This document shows, piece after piece, positions 26,223-34,254 of a stretch of DNA of 44,051 nt (position 1 is its first letter; each line of letters opens with the position of its first letter). This DNA is from a virus. Taxonomy: Duplodnaviria > Heunggongvirae > Uroviricota > Caudoviricetes. Under the pieces are notes generated by a model. It worked only from the letters and a program-made list of their open reading frames with translations. It was not told where the DNA came from and ran no database searches. Location: IMG/VR virus record IMGVR_UViG_3300045988_124839; one strand, 5' to 3'. A program made the translations under genes and the position numbers.

Positions 26223-26822
26223 GTGACTAATCAGATTATTTACGACAGGAAACGGTCTGATGTAATGATTGACCTTGAAACAATGGGTACTAACACATGT
26301 GCTCCAATTGTTTCTATCGGGGCAGTGTTTTTTTCTCCAGAAAGTGAGGAATTAGGTCCTACTTTTTATGTGCCAGTGAATCTCAGAAGCTCGATGTTGA
26401 ATGGTGGTATCGCCGATGGTGATACCATTTTATGGTGGTTGAAACAGAGCAAGGAAGCCAGAGCAGCTATTTGTACTAATGATGCCCTTGATATTAAGGA
26501 TGCACTTTTTGAATTATCACACTTTATTACTTGCCATGCATGTAATTTAAAAAAGTTGAAAGTATGGGGAAATGGAGCAACGTTCGATAATGTAATTTTA
26601 CGCGGTGCTTATGAGCGCGTTGGCTTAGCCTGTCCGTGGGAATATTTTAATGATCAGGATGTTCGAACAATCGTTAATCTTGGTCAGTTTATTGGTTTTA
26701 ATCCTAAAAAAGATATGCCATTTGATGGCGAACGACACAATGCCCTGGCTGATGCTATTCATCAGGCTAAATATGTATCCGCAATTTTCTCCCGTCTTGT
26801 AAAAGGGCAAGGAGAATCGTAA
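26223..26822 (+). CDS. DEDDh-type 3'-5' exonuclease
   Basis: Motif I MIDLETMG near the N-terminus and motif III H-x4-D (ERHNALADAIH) near the C-terminus; GAGGAG RBS before GTG start. Confidence 0.7.
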   Translation: MTNQIIYDRKRSDVMIDLETMGTNTCAPIVSIGAVFFSPESEELGPTFYVPVNLRSSMLNGGIADGDTILWWLKQSKEARAAICTNDALDIKDALFELSHFITCHACNLKKLKVWGNGATFDNVILRGAYERVGLACPWEYFNDQDVRTIVNLGQFIGFNPKKDMPFDGERHNALADAIHQAKYVSAIFSRLVKGQGES

Positions 26823-27244
26823 TGGCAAAGGCTTTTACACCAGAACAGAGGGAAGAACTGAATAAACAAATTGTGGAACTCGTGCGCCTGAATGGACGAG
26901 GAACGGTTAGGCAACTTGCGGATGAAACTGGTATTAGCCGGTGTGCTGTTAGTCGTTTATCAAGAGAGCTTGCTGCCAGTGGTGATTTGTATATCTCTGG
27001 CTCCGGGATATTTCTGTCTGCACAAGCACGCAAGGACTGGCAAAACGCCCGTAAAAAACTATCAAGAGTAAAGCCGAAGAAATCGGTAGTGGTTGATCCA
27101 GACCTTATCTGGTCATTACCTGACGGAGAAATACGTCGTTACGACAGGCGCTTGAACATGATTTGTCACGATTGCCAGAAGAGCGAAGTTATGCAGCGTG
27201 TGCTGGCGTTTTATCAGGGAAATCTTCAGGAGGTAGTACTGTGA
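26822..27244 (+). CDS. HTH / winged-helix DNA-binding protein
   Basis: 140 aa; HTH-like VRQLADETGISRCAVSRLSREL; AGGAG RBS; TAATG overlap with the upstream gene. Confidence 0.5.
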   Translation: MAKAFTPEQREELNKQIVELVRLNGRGTVRQLADETGISRCAVSRLSRELAASGDLYISGSGIFLSAQARKDWQNARKKLSRVKPKKSVVVDPDLIWSLPDGEIRRYDRRLNMICHDCQKSEVMQRVLAFYQGNLQEVVL

Positions 27245-27954
27245 GTGAAATCAATTATCAGGTACTGCGTGAAGCAGCTGAGAGCGCCAGTAAAATTAAC
27301 TGGACAGGCCTTGAAGATGATTTGAACGCTGATGGATATATGCGCACACTGACGCGGTATATCCAATGCCATTCACCGATTATTACGCTATCTCTGTTGG
27401 ATGAGCGAAATGCATTGAACGAACGCATAGCCGAACTGGAGGCTAATTTAGCGGCGATGACTGAAGACCACCAGAGAGCGATTGAGTCAATTAAGCAGGC
27501 TGATGCGGCTGTTAAGTTGGCACATGAGAAGTTTTCGGCGCTGGCAGCGGAGAATGCGGGGCTTAAGGCCTTCAAAACCGCCGTTTATCAGCAGATGGGC
27601 GTCGGATGTGATGCTCCTGAATTCTCCATTACGACAGGTTTGAGTAACTTACGTCGTTTTGCTGACACACTCCACGCCATTGAACGTGAGTTCTTTACCA
27701 AAGAGCTACCTGATGAAGAGCACGAAGGCGAAACATTCAATGAATGTCCACTTAGCTGGGGAATGAGCGTCGAACAGTACGTTTCCGAGTTTCGCAAATG
27801 CCTGGCTGAAGTGCGGGCGCAGGGATTGGAGATGTTTGCACAGAAATGTAACTCAAAATCCGAACAGTCGCTTGCATCTGATATACGCGATAACTGGAAA
27901 CTACTCGGTGAGCATGCGACTGACTTTGCCGCAGAGCTTCGCAAAGGAGAGTGA
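27241..27954 (+). CDS. Ead/Ea22-like protein (coiled-coil)
   Basis: GTG start with AGGAGG RBS overlapping the upstream stop; N-terminus VSEINYQVLREAAESA resembles ead/Ea22-like proteins as recalled; central coiled-coil. Confidence 0.45.
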   Translation: MSEINYQVLREAAESASKINWTGLEDDLNADGYMRTLTRYIQCHSPIITLSLLDERNALNERIAELEANLAAMTEDHQRAIESIKQADAAVKLAHEKFSALAAENAGLKAFKTAVYQQMGVGCDAPEFSITTGLSNLRRFADTLHAIEREFFTKELPDEEHEGETFNECPLSWGMSVEQYVSEFRKCLAEVRAQGLEMFAQKCNSKSEQSLASDIRDNWKLLGEHATDFAAELRKGE

Positions 27955-27955
27955 T

Positions 27956-28405
27956 ATGACCACTATTACCAGAGAAAGCTCGAAGATTAAATCATTCATC
28001 AATGGCTTCCTGAGCGACCCGGCGCACGATAATCAATCTTTAGACAGTCTGCTTGCTGATGTGTTTCGTATCGCACTGGCATCGTTGGAAGCAGAGCCAG
28101 TTGCGTGGCGATATTGCTACGTGAAAAAAGGCGTTACGGACTCTCAGGGGGAGTCGTGGGTTGGTGACTGGAAATATGTACCGACAAAAGAGGATTGCAA
28201 CGACAGACCGAACTATGAAATTCAGGCGTTATTCACGGCTCAGCCTGTGCCACTGACACAAGAAGGATTGATTAAAGCAGTGCGTTTCTATGAACAGGTA
28301 AAGCGCGAGAATCCGCCAGTCGAAACCGGAGCATGGAAAGACGCTGTTGACTGGGTGCTCAAAGAGGCTTGCCAGGCTGTAAACATTGGTACTAAAGGAG
28401 ATTGA
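27956..28405 (+). CDS. hypothetical protein (shares IALASLEAEPVAW motif with the next gene)
   Basis: AGGAG RBS; 149 aa; conserved 13-aa motif shared with the adjacent paralogue. Confidence 0.5.
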   Translation: MTTITRESSKIKSFINGFLSDPAHDNQSLDSLLADVFRIALASLEAEPVAWRYCYVKKGVTDSQGESWVGDWKYVPTKEDCNDRPNYEIQALFTAQPVPLTQEGLIKAVRFYEQVKRENPPVETGAWKDAVDWVLKEACQAVNIGTKGD

Positions 28406-28406
28406 T

Positions 28407-28820
28407 ATGAGCACTTTTACCGACAAAGAACTGATTAAAGAAATCAAAGAGCGCATAGGCAGCTTGGACGTGCGAGACAATATTGAGCGCCGGGCTTATG
28501 AAATAGCGTTAGCCTCGCTGGAAGCAGAACCGGTGGCATGGCTGCATTTAGACAATGGCTTAGGTATTCCGGCAATAACCCGGAGTAAAAACATTGCTGA
28601 CAGTTGGTTATCAAAGGGCTGGTATGTTCAGTCACTATATGTAGCCCAGCCACTGCCGGTGGTGCCGGATGATAATCGTATTCAGTTTTCTGTTTCACTT
28701 CCTGCAGCGTTTGGTGGAGATAAATATTTTATTGATGGTGTATTTCAACCTTTGAGATATGAGCGTGACTGTGAAAGGGCGGTTGTGGCCGCTGGCGGTG
28801 TAGTTAATTGGGTTAAGTAA
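28407..28820 (+). CDS. hypothetical protein (paralogous N-terminal module)
   Basis: AGGAG RBS; 137 aa; EIALASLEAEPVAW motif conserved despite synonymous DNA divergence. Confidence 0.5.
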   Translation: MSTFTDKELIKEIKERIGSLDVRDNIERRAYEIALASLEAEPVAWLHLDNGLGIPAITRSKNIADSWLSKGWYVQSLYVAQPLPVVPDDNRIQFSVSLPAAFGGDKYFIDGVFQPLRYERDCERAVVAAGGVVNWVK

Positions 28821-28835
28821 TTTTCAGGAGGATTT

Positions 28836-29162
28836 ATGGCGCTGACACCGGCAGAACGGCAAAGGAGACGCAGGGAACGGTTGAAGAAGGAAGGCACATC
28901 AAGACGGGACTGGATTCTAGAACCTGACGAGTTACGTATGTTGGGGGAAATTTGTGTATTGCGTAGACCAGGGCGAGTTCCATATTCGGAGAACGAAGTC
29001 ATTGGTTTGCTGATCAGGAAAAACTATAAGGAGCTGCAGAAGCAGCTATCCACTACTTGCCCGCGATGTGGTCAAAAAATGCCTGTTTCAGAATGCATTT
29101 TTGATGGCGAAGGGTCATGCCACCTTACAACCACGAGGCTGAAACTTGCGCTCAAAGCGTGA
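28836..29162 (+). CDS. hypothetical protein with C-terminal zinc-ribbon-like Cys cluster
   Basis: 108 aa; basic N-terminus (RQRRRRERLKK); CPRCGQ...C...C. Confidence 0.4.
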   Translation: MALTPAERQRRRRERLKKEGTSRRDWILEPDELRMLGEICVLRRPGRVPYSENEVIGLLIRKNYKELQKQLSTTCPRCGQKMPVSECIFDGEGSCHLTTTRLKLALKA

Positions 29163-29180
29163 CTGGTCACGGAGGGATAA

Positions 29181-29423
29181 ATGGATAAAAAGGCATTGCT
29201 TTTTGAAATGATACGAAAACGGAGCGAAAAGAGCTTTTCTGATGGTGGTGATGGGTTTGTTTTCGCTTCGATGCTTGCTTTTGATGTTGGGTTAAATAGC
29301 AGAATTGTTAAAAGGATGCTTGATTCTGCTGTCCGTACTGGACTTCTTGAGAAAGTTGATCGTGGCATAGGGAGAGAGCATAAGTATCGGGCCACACAGC
29401 AGTTTACGCAGTTAATTCATTGA
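29181..29423 (+). CDS. hypothetical protein (80 aa)
   Basis: ORF with GGAGGG upstream; no recognisable motif. Confidence 0.4.
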   Translation: MDKKALLFEMIRKRSEKSFSDGGDGFVFASMLAFDVGLNSRIVKRMLDSAVRTGLLEKVDRGIGREHKYRATQQFTQLIH

Positions 29424-29505
29424 AAATTGACCGTAAAGTTTGAGTTTTACCCTGTAATTTTATACAGTATAAATAACCTTTTTTAGTTAAATGGTATGAG
29501 ATTTA

Positions 29506-29709
29506 ATGTCTGAAGCAGCCGTATCAACTCTTGAACAACTCGATTCAAATTTAAGAGATATTGACGCCGTTCTGGATCTGGTTAGCGTCACCCTGGCTTC
29601 TCCAGAAGCCAGCCTACATATTGGTGAGGTTTCACGACTCATCAACATGTCGCGAGAGATTGCCCAGCATTGTCAGAAAACTATCGCTGTTGAGCGTTCA
29701 CATCATTGA
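29506..29709 (+). CDS. hypothetical protein (67 aa)
   Basis: ORF with weak RBS; AT-rich upstream region. Confidence 0.3.
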   Translation: MSEAAVSTLEQLDSNLRDIDAVLDLVSVTLASPEASLHIGEVSRLINMSREIAQHCQKTIAVERSHH

Positions 29710-29751
29710 TGCACACCCCGCCCTTCTGGACGGGGTAGTAAAAGAGTCTAA

Positions 29752-30039
29752 TTAATAAACAGCGCGAATATCGATGGTTGCGCCGCAGGCATGAGCATAT
29801 TTAGCCAAAGTTTTCATACTTGCCCCTAAAGGATTGCTTTCCAGGCGGCTGATGGCTGACGGTCGCAACCCCATTCGTTCAGCCAGAGCTGATTTCGTTA
29901 AACCTGCTCTTTCCCTCATTTCGTATAACATTTCGACCATCTCCAGCTCTTTGTCGGCCTCTTCATATCCTTTGACGGCTTCTGGAGTGTTGAGGAGTTT
30001 TTCTTTTACTTCGTTAAACGGGATGCCTTTCGCTTTCAT
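29752..30039 (-). CDS. HTH (XRE-family) antitoxin, HigA-like
   Basis: 95 aa; HTH LTKSALAERMGLRPSAISRLE; start overlaps the stop of the upstream toxin gene (TGATG); toxin-first order as in HigBA/Tad-Ata modules. Confidence 0.7.
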   Translation of the reverse strand: MKAKGIPFNEVKEKLLNTPEAVKGYEEADKELEMVEMLYEMRERAGLTKSALAERMGLRPSAISRLESNPLGASMKTLAKYAHACGATIDIRAVY

Positions 30040-30350
30040 CAGTTCATCTCCTTCAGGCGAGTTCTGGCGATTTCGATAGCCTTCACCGGTGTTTTCTGTG
30101 TCTTTTTTACAAATGCATGCAATAGATAAATTTCGTTACCAGTCGCGTAGGCGTACAGCGTTCTTGCGATGTTTTTATCCCCTACTCGTAGTTCAAAAAG
30201 CCCTCCACCTATTACACGGCTATGGGGCATCTTCAGTTTGTTGCCTTCTTTCTCCAGTCGCTCAATTAATCTGGTCATGCGACCTCGCAAATCATCTGGT
30301 AGTTCAAGCAGTTCATCCAGTGCTGCAGGGTGGGTTATCACGTTAAACAT
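30039..30350 (-). CDS. RelE/HigB-type toxin (Gp49-like)
   Basis: From the internal ATG at 30350 (GGAGG RBS 7 nt upstream); about 103 aa beginning MFNVITHPAALDELLEL; small basic RelE/ParE-superfamily-like protein. Confidence 0.68.
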   Translation of the reverse strand: MFNVITHPAALDELLELPDDLRGRMTRLIERLEKEGNKLKMPHSRVIGGGLFELRVGDKNIARTLYAYATGNEIYLLHAFVKKTQKTPVKAIEIARTRLKEMN

Positions 30351-30515
30351 ATTATAGCCTCCATATCCATAAAATACACTAAAACAAGAAAACAACGCAA
30401 ATTAAAAATTTCACTAAAAAGCGAAAAATAACACTGGATGTGTTCGTTTGGCAGAGTTACAGTTCGTGTCATTGAGGGGCAATAACCCACTAACTATATG
30501 AATTTGGAGGATATT

Positions 30516-30737
30516 ATGAATTATCAAGGTAACGAAAAAATGCGCGACGACGTTGCGGAGATAGCTAACGAACTGTATGAGTTGTGGCAGAAGGTTGAGC
30601 GTTTCGAAAAGGAATATGGTTTCAACAGTACCAACCTAACAGACCGACTGGCTGGTCGCTTAGTTGGGACTATGGGGCCAAAACTGGCTGAGTTGAACCG
30701 CTTTATGGCTGATGTTGATTTCCAGTTTCAAGATTGA
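30516..30737 (+). CDS. hypothetical protein (73 aa)
   Basis: GGAGG RBS 6 nt before the ATG at 30516 (ORF track starts at 30498). Confidence 0.45.
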   Translation: MNYQGNEKMRDDVAEIANELYELWQKVERFEKEYGFNSTNLTDRLAGRLVGTMGPKLAELNRFMADVDFQFQD

Positions 30738-30750
30738 TTAGAGAGGCGTT

Positions 30751-30978
30751 ATGAATATTAATGAAATTCGTGGAAATATGACTGAAGCGGCCCTGAGTGT
30801 GGAATGTGTTATGCGTGGATACCCACGCATTTCCCTGAAAGAGTTAAGCGAAGCCTGTTTTTTGAGTCAAGCTGCCGTTGAATTTATCATCGAACAGATG
30901 ATCTGTTTTGGGGTTGCAAAGCGTAGCGGATCTGGTCGATATTCTTTGACCGATGAATATAAGCAGGCAACTTTCTAA
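30751..30978 (+). CDS. hypothetical protein (75 aa, possible HTH)
   Basis: AGAGAGG RBS; ends 5 bp before centromere-like palindrome 2. Confidence 0.45.
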   Translation: MNINEIRGNMTEAALSVECVMRGYPRISLKELSEACFLSQAAVEFIIEQMICFGVAKRSGSGRYSLTDEYKQATF

Positions 30979-30983
30979 AAGCT

Positions 30984-31001
30984 GTGCGACCACGGTCGCA
31001 C
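30984..31001. other. SopB-binding-like centromere palindrome 2 (GTGCGACC-AC-GGTCGCAC)
   Basis: Same 8-2-8 palindrome as site 1 with the centre inverted; about 20 bp upstream of a putative promoter. Confidence 0.7.
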
Positions 31002-31020
31002 AGCACAAAAACGAAAAAGC

Positions 31021-31049
31021 TTGGCAAAATGACGGTTTTTAGTTATTGT
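31021..31049 (+). promoter_or_regulatory. putative sigma70 promoter (candidate late promoter, PR'-like)
   Basis: TTGGCA, 17-bp spacer, TATTGT; followed within about 60 nt by a hairpin and an intrinsic terminator, as in lambda PR'-qut-tR'. Confidence 0.3.
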
Positions 31050-31087
31050 TTTGTTAAGTTGGGTTTTTTGTACCCAACAGCCAACAA

Positions 31088-31110
31088 GCCGCCTTTATGG
31101 CGGTTTTTTT
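31088..31110 (+). terminator. rho-independent terminator (tR'-like)
   Basis: GCCGCC-TTTAT-GGCGG followed by TTTTTTT; upstream of the methylase and lysis genes. Confidence 0.6.
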
Positions 31111-31200
31111 GTGCCTGAAAAGTGGGCGCAGGACAAGTTGCAGCTTGTCCTGCGGTCAACCCATGCCAGAGCTATAGGCTGAACCTAAAGCCCACCCGCG

Positions 31201-32322
31201 ATGCGCATCGCCGGGTTAGCTTACCCAGGCAAAAAAATAATAGCTATGTTCAAAACCACTAATATTCATGGCGCACAACTCGTTTGCGCAGATTCTCTGC
31301 AATTTATCAAAACCATCCCTGATAACTCGGTCAATTTGATTGCAACAGACCCACCATACTTCGGCGTAAAAGCTAACGCATGGGATAACCAGTGGGATAG
31401 CGATGCTGACTTTTTGGGGTGGATTGACGAATTTTTGGCAGAATTTTGGCGGATATTGGCCCCTAATGGCAGCCTGTATATGTTTACCGGCTCTCGCCTT
31501 GCGTCAAAAATTGAATTATTAACTCGCGACCGTTTCAATGTTCTGAACCATATCATTTGGGCTAAACCCAGTGGTATGTGGCGCGGTTGTCATAAAGAAA
31601 GTTTAAGGGCTTATTTTCCTGCTACTGAAAGAATATTATTTGCAGAGCATTACGGCGCGTCAGGTTATGCTAAAGGTCAGTCAGGTTATGCTTCAAAATG
31701 TGCAGATTTAAGAAAAAATATTTTTTCTCCACTAATTGATGCTTTTTCGCTGGCTCGCCGTCAGTTAGATATATCAGCCGCAGACATTAATTCAGCGACA
31801 GGAAAGCAGATGTGTTCACACTGGTTTTCTTATTCGCAGTGGCGGCTTCCATCATTAATTGATTTTAATAAACTATGCGAATTATTTCGCAGGAAGGCAG
31901 ATTCACTCGGTGTCCCGTGTCCATATCCTTTTAATGTTGATTATTCAGAACATGAAAAGCGTTATAGCGTTCTGAAATTGCATTATGAGGAAGTAAAGAA
32001 GCAGTATGATGATTTGAAGGCTCAGTATGAAAATTTACGCCGTCCATTTCATGTTACTGCTGATGTACCTTATACCGATGTATGGGAGTTTCCTCCTGTG
32101 CAATATTATCCTGGCAAGCACCCATGTGAAAAACCTGCAGCGATGATGGAACATATTATAAAGAGTAGTTCACGCCCCGGAGATATCGTTGCCGATTTCT
32201 TTATGGGATCAGGCTCAACTATTAAAGCTGCGCTGAAGTTAGGACGTCAGGCAATAGGTATTGAGATTGAGGGCGAACGTTATCTTCAGACAGTTGATGA
32301 AGTGAAAAAGTTATTTGAGTAA
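31201..32322 (+). CDS. DNA N6-adenine methyltransferase (beta class)
   Basis: DPPY catalytic motif (NLIATDPPYFGV) N-terminal to the AdoMet motif FxGxGS (DFFMGSGST); alternative start at ATG 31246. Confidence 0.85.
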   Translation: MRIAGLAYPGKKIIAMFKTTNIHGAQLVCADSLQFIKTIPDNSVNLIATDPPYFGVKANAWDNQWDSDADFLGWIDEFLAEFWRILAPNGSLYMFTGSRLASKIELLTRDRFNVLNHIIWAKPSGMWRGCHKESLRAYFPATERILFAEHYGASGYAKGQSGYASKCADLRKNIFSPLIDAFSLARRQLDISAADINSATGKQMCSHWFSYSQWRLPSLIDFNKLCELFRRKADSLGVPCPYPFNVDYSEHEKRYSVLKLHYEEVKKQYDDLKAQYENLRRPFHVTADVPYTDVWEFPPVQYYPGKHPCEKPAAMMEHIIKSSSRPGDIVADFFMGSGSTIKAALKLGRQAIGIEIEGERYLQTVDEVKKLFE

Positions 32323-32417
32323 CTGGAGAATATATTCCCCTGCCGTTTTTGGTAGGGGTTATTTTCGCCATATAGTTTCCAAGCCGAAACCTCAGCAACT
32401 ATTGCGAGGTAAGAGAT

Positions 32418-32690
32418 ATGAAGATGGATGAACGATACAGCAGTGCATCTTATGGTAGCGCTGGTCTTGCTGCGTTCTTTGCCAGCCTGTCATTGCAGGA
32501 TTGGGGCTTCATTATCGGTGTCGCGTTCAGCATTATCCTCGGTGTGCTTACATACCGGCTCAATAAACGCGAGCAGATGAAGCGCACGAAGATATTGCAG
32601 GACATATTGGATAAAACTAATACCAATAATCTTTCTGCTACAGCGATGGTTATTGGAGAGCTGGGGAAGAGAGCACCGAAGGAAATATGA
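32418..32690 (+). CDS. class II holin (S21-like pinholin) with dual-start motif
   Basis: Begins MKM (two in-frame starts separated by Lys); two transmembrane segments ([12 protein letters not shown] / [18 protein letters not shown]); charged C-terminus; directly upstream of endolysin. Confidence 0.7.
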   Translation: MKMDERYSSASYGSAGLAAFFASLSLQDWGFIIGVAFSIILGVLTYRLNKREQMKRTKILQDILDKTNTNNLSATAMVIGELGKRAPKEI

Positions 32691-33187
32691 TGCAGTCATC
32701 ATTACGCAAAGCTGTCACAGCTGCTATTGGTGGCGGGGCTATTGCCATAGCGTCTATGCTCATCACTGGCCCAAGTGGTAACGATGGTCTGGAAGGTGTC
32801 AGTTACATACCATACAAAGATATTGTTGGCGTATGGACTGTATGTCACGGACACACCGGAAAAGACATCATGCTCGGTAAAACGTATACCGAAGCAGAAT
32901 GCAAAGCCCTCCTGAATAAAGACCTTGCCACGGTTGCCAGACAAATTAACCCGTACATCAAAGTCGATATACCGGAAACAACGCGCGGCGCTCTTTACTC
33001 GTTCGTCTACAACGTGGGTGCTGGCAATTTCAGAACATCGACGCTTCTTCGCAAAATAAACCAGGGCGATATTAAAGGCGCATGTGACCAGCTACGTCGC
33101 TGGATATACGCTGGCGGTAAGCAATGGAAAGGCCTGATGACTCGTCGTGAGATTGAGCGTGAAGTCTGTTTGTGGGGGCAACAATGA
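32687..33187 (+). CDS. endolysin (T4-lysozyme-like, GH24) with N-terminal SAR signal-anchor
   Basis: Weakly hydrophobic Gly/Ala-rich N-terminus [18 protein letters not shown]; catalytic Glu-8aa-Asp-5aa-Thr pattern ([18 protein letters not shown]); ATGA overlap with holin stop. Confidence 0.88.
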   Translation: MMQSSLRKAVTAAIGGGAIAIASMLITGPSGNDGLEGVSYIPYKDIVGVWTVCHGHTGKDIMLGKTYTEAECKALLNKDLATVARQINPYIKVDIPETTRGALYSFVYNVGAGNFRTSTLLRKINQGDIKGACDQLRRWIYAGGKQWKGLMTRREIEREVCLWGQQ

Positions 33188-33621
33188 GCAGAGTAACCGC
33201 GATTATCTCCGCTCTGGTTATCTGCATCATCGTCTGCCTGTCGTGGGCGGTCAATCATTACCGTGATAACGCCATCGCCTACAAAGAGCAGCGCGATAAA
33301 GCCACATCCACAATCGCTGATATGCAGAAGCGTCAACGTGACGTAGCAGAACTCGATGCCAGATATACAAAGGAGCTTGCTGATGCTAACGCGACTATCG
33401 AAAGCCTCCGTGCTGATGTTTCTGCTGGGCGTAAGCGCCTGCAAGTCGCCGCCACCTGTGCAAAGTCAACGACCGGAGCCAGCGGCATGGGCAATGGAGA
33501 AAGCCCAAGACTTACAGCAGATGCTGAACTCAATTATTACCGTCTCCGAAGTGGGATCGACAGGATAACTGCGCAGGTTAACTACTTGCAGGAATACATC
33601 AAGACGCAATGCCTGAATTAA
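33184..33621 (+). CDS. Rz: i-spanin Rz
   Basis: ATG overlaps the endolysin stop; N-terminal transmembrane segment [23 protein letters not shown] then coiled-coil; lambda Rz-like sequence. Confidence 0.8.
   Translation: MSRVTAIISALVICIIVCLSWAVNHYRDNAIAYKEQRDKATSTIADMQKRQRDVAELDARYTKELADANATIESLRADVSAGRKRLQVAATCAKSTTGASGMGNGESPRLTADAELNYYRLRSGIDRITAQVNYLQEYIKTQCLN
33356..33568 (+). CDS. Rz1: o-spanin Rz1 (lipoprotein embedded in Rz, +1 frame)
   Basis: Embedded ORF with lipobox LLGVSAC followed by a Pro-rich segment ([13 protein letters not shown]); true start may be the internal Met at 33383. Confidence 0.6.
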   Translation: MPDIQRSLLMLTRLSKASVLMFLLGVSACKSPPPVQSQRPEPAAWAMEKAQDLQQMLNSIITVSEVGSTG

Positions 33622-33662
33622 TCCCTCTGTATCAAAAACGAGCTCAATTTGTTGGATAGTGA

Positions 33663-33974
33663 ATGAAAATTTATATTGCCGGGCCAATGACGGGATATGA
33701 GAACTTTAATCGTGACGCCTTTAATAAAGAGGCAGATCGTTTGTCACGACATGGTCACTCTGTCTTGAATCCAGCCACTTTGCCTAATGGTCTGACACAA
33801 CGTGAATACATGGATATTTGCTTTGCAATGCTTCGTTGTGCTGATGCTATTTTGATGCTTCCTGGCTGGAAAGCGTCTGCTGGAGAAACTGCTGAGTATC
33901 ATTACGCATACAAGATGGAGATGCAGGTATTCACTACGCTGAATTACCCGCCAGCTTGTTCCTCTGTAGCATAA
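33663..33974 (+). CDS. DUF4406-family protein (nucleoside 2-deoxyribosyltransferase-like fold)
   Basis: MKIYIAGPMTGYENFNR...NPA...CDAILMLPGWKAS.G pattern characteristic of DUF4406. Confidence 0.6.
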   Translation: MKIYIAGPMTGYENFNRDAFNKEADRLSRHGHSVLNPATLPNGLTQREYMDICFAMLRCADAILMLPGWKASAGETAEYHYAYKMEMQVFTTLNYPPACSSVA

Positions 33975-33993
33975 AAATCTCTTTGTTTCTCGT

Positions 33994-34011
33994 TTGCGAC
34001 CGTGGTCGCAC
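33994..34011. other. SopB-binding-like centromere palindrome 3 (TTGCGACC-GT-GGTCGCAC)
   Basis: 8-2-8 palindrome with one mismatch at the first base. Confidence 0.65.
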
Positions 34012-34021
34012 ATTAAATACC

Positions 34022-34193
34022 GCGCTGCATCGTCGCCGTATTTCCGCATTAACCATGACCGTAGCCCGACGGGGAACTCCTCTGCGCGAGTGTGCGGAAA
34101 TAATCAAAAACGATGCACACCGGGTTTTTACCGCGCTAATGATTCGCGGGTTTGTCCCTCATGCTCGCCAGTCCTGTGCGAGGGTGGAAGAAA
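34022..34193. repeat. 172-bp direct repeat, copy A (conserved lambdoid intergenic element)
   Basis: About 85% identical to copy B at 35807-35978, with shared blocks CCGTAGCCCGACGGGGAACTCC and ATAATCAAAAACGATGCACACCGGGTTTTTACCGCG; lies between palindromes 3 and 4. Confidence 0.8.
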
Positions 34194-34213
34194 CAGGGCA
34201 TGTATTCAGGAGC

Positions 34214-34231
34214 GTGCGACCGTGGTCGCAC
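34214..34231. other. SopB-binding-like centromere palindrome 4 (GTGCGACC-GT-GGTCGCAC)
   Basis: Perfect copy of the site-1 sequence, 23 bp upstream of the cassette gene start. Confidence 0.7.
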
Positions 34232-34254
34232 GGTATCTTTGTCAGGAGGTTTTG

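Noticed and set aside
31201-31245. First 15 codons of the methyltransferase ORF
   Set aside because: Not rejected outright; neither ATG 31201 nor ATG 31246 has a clear RBS, so the longer ORF is kept as the feature with the start flagged as uncertain.
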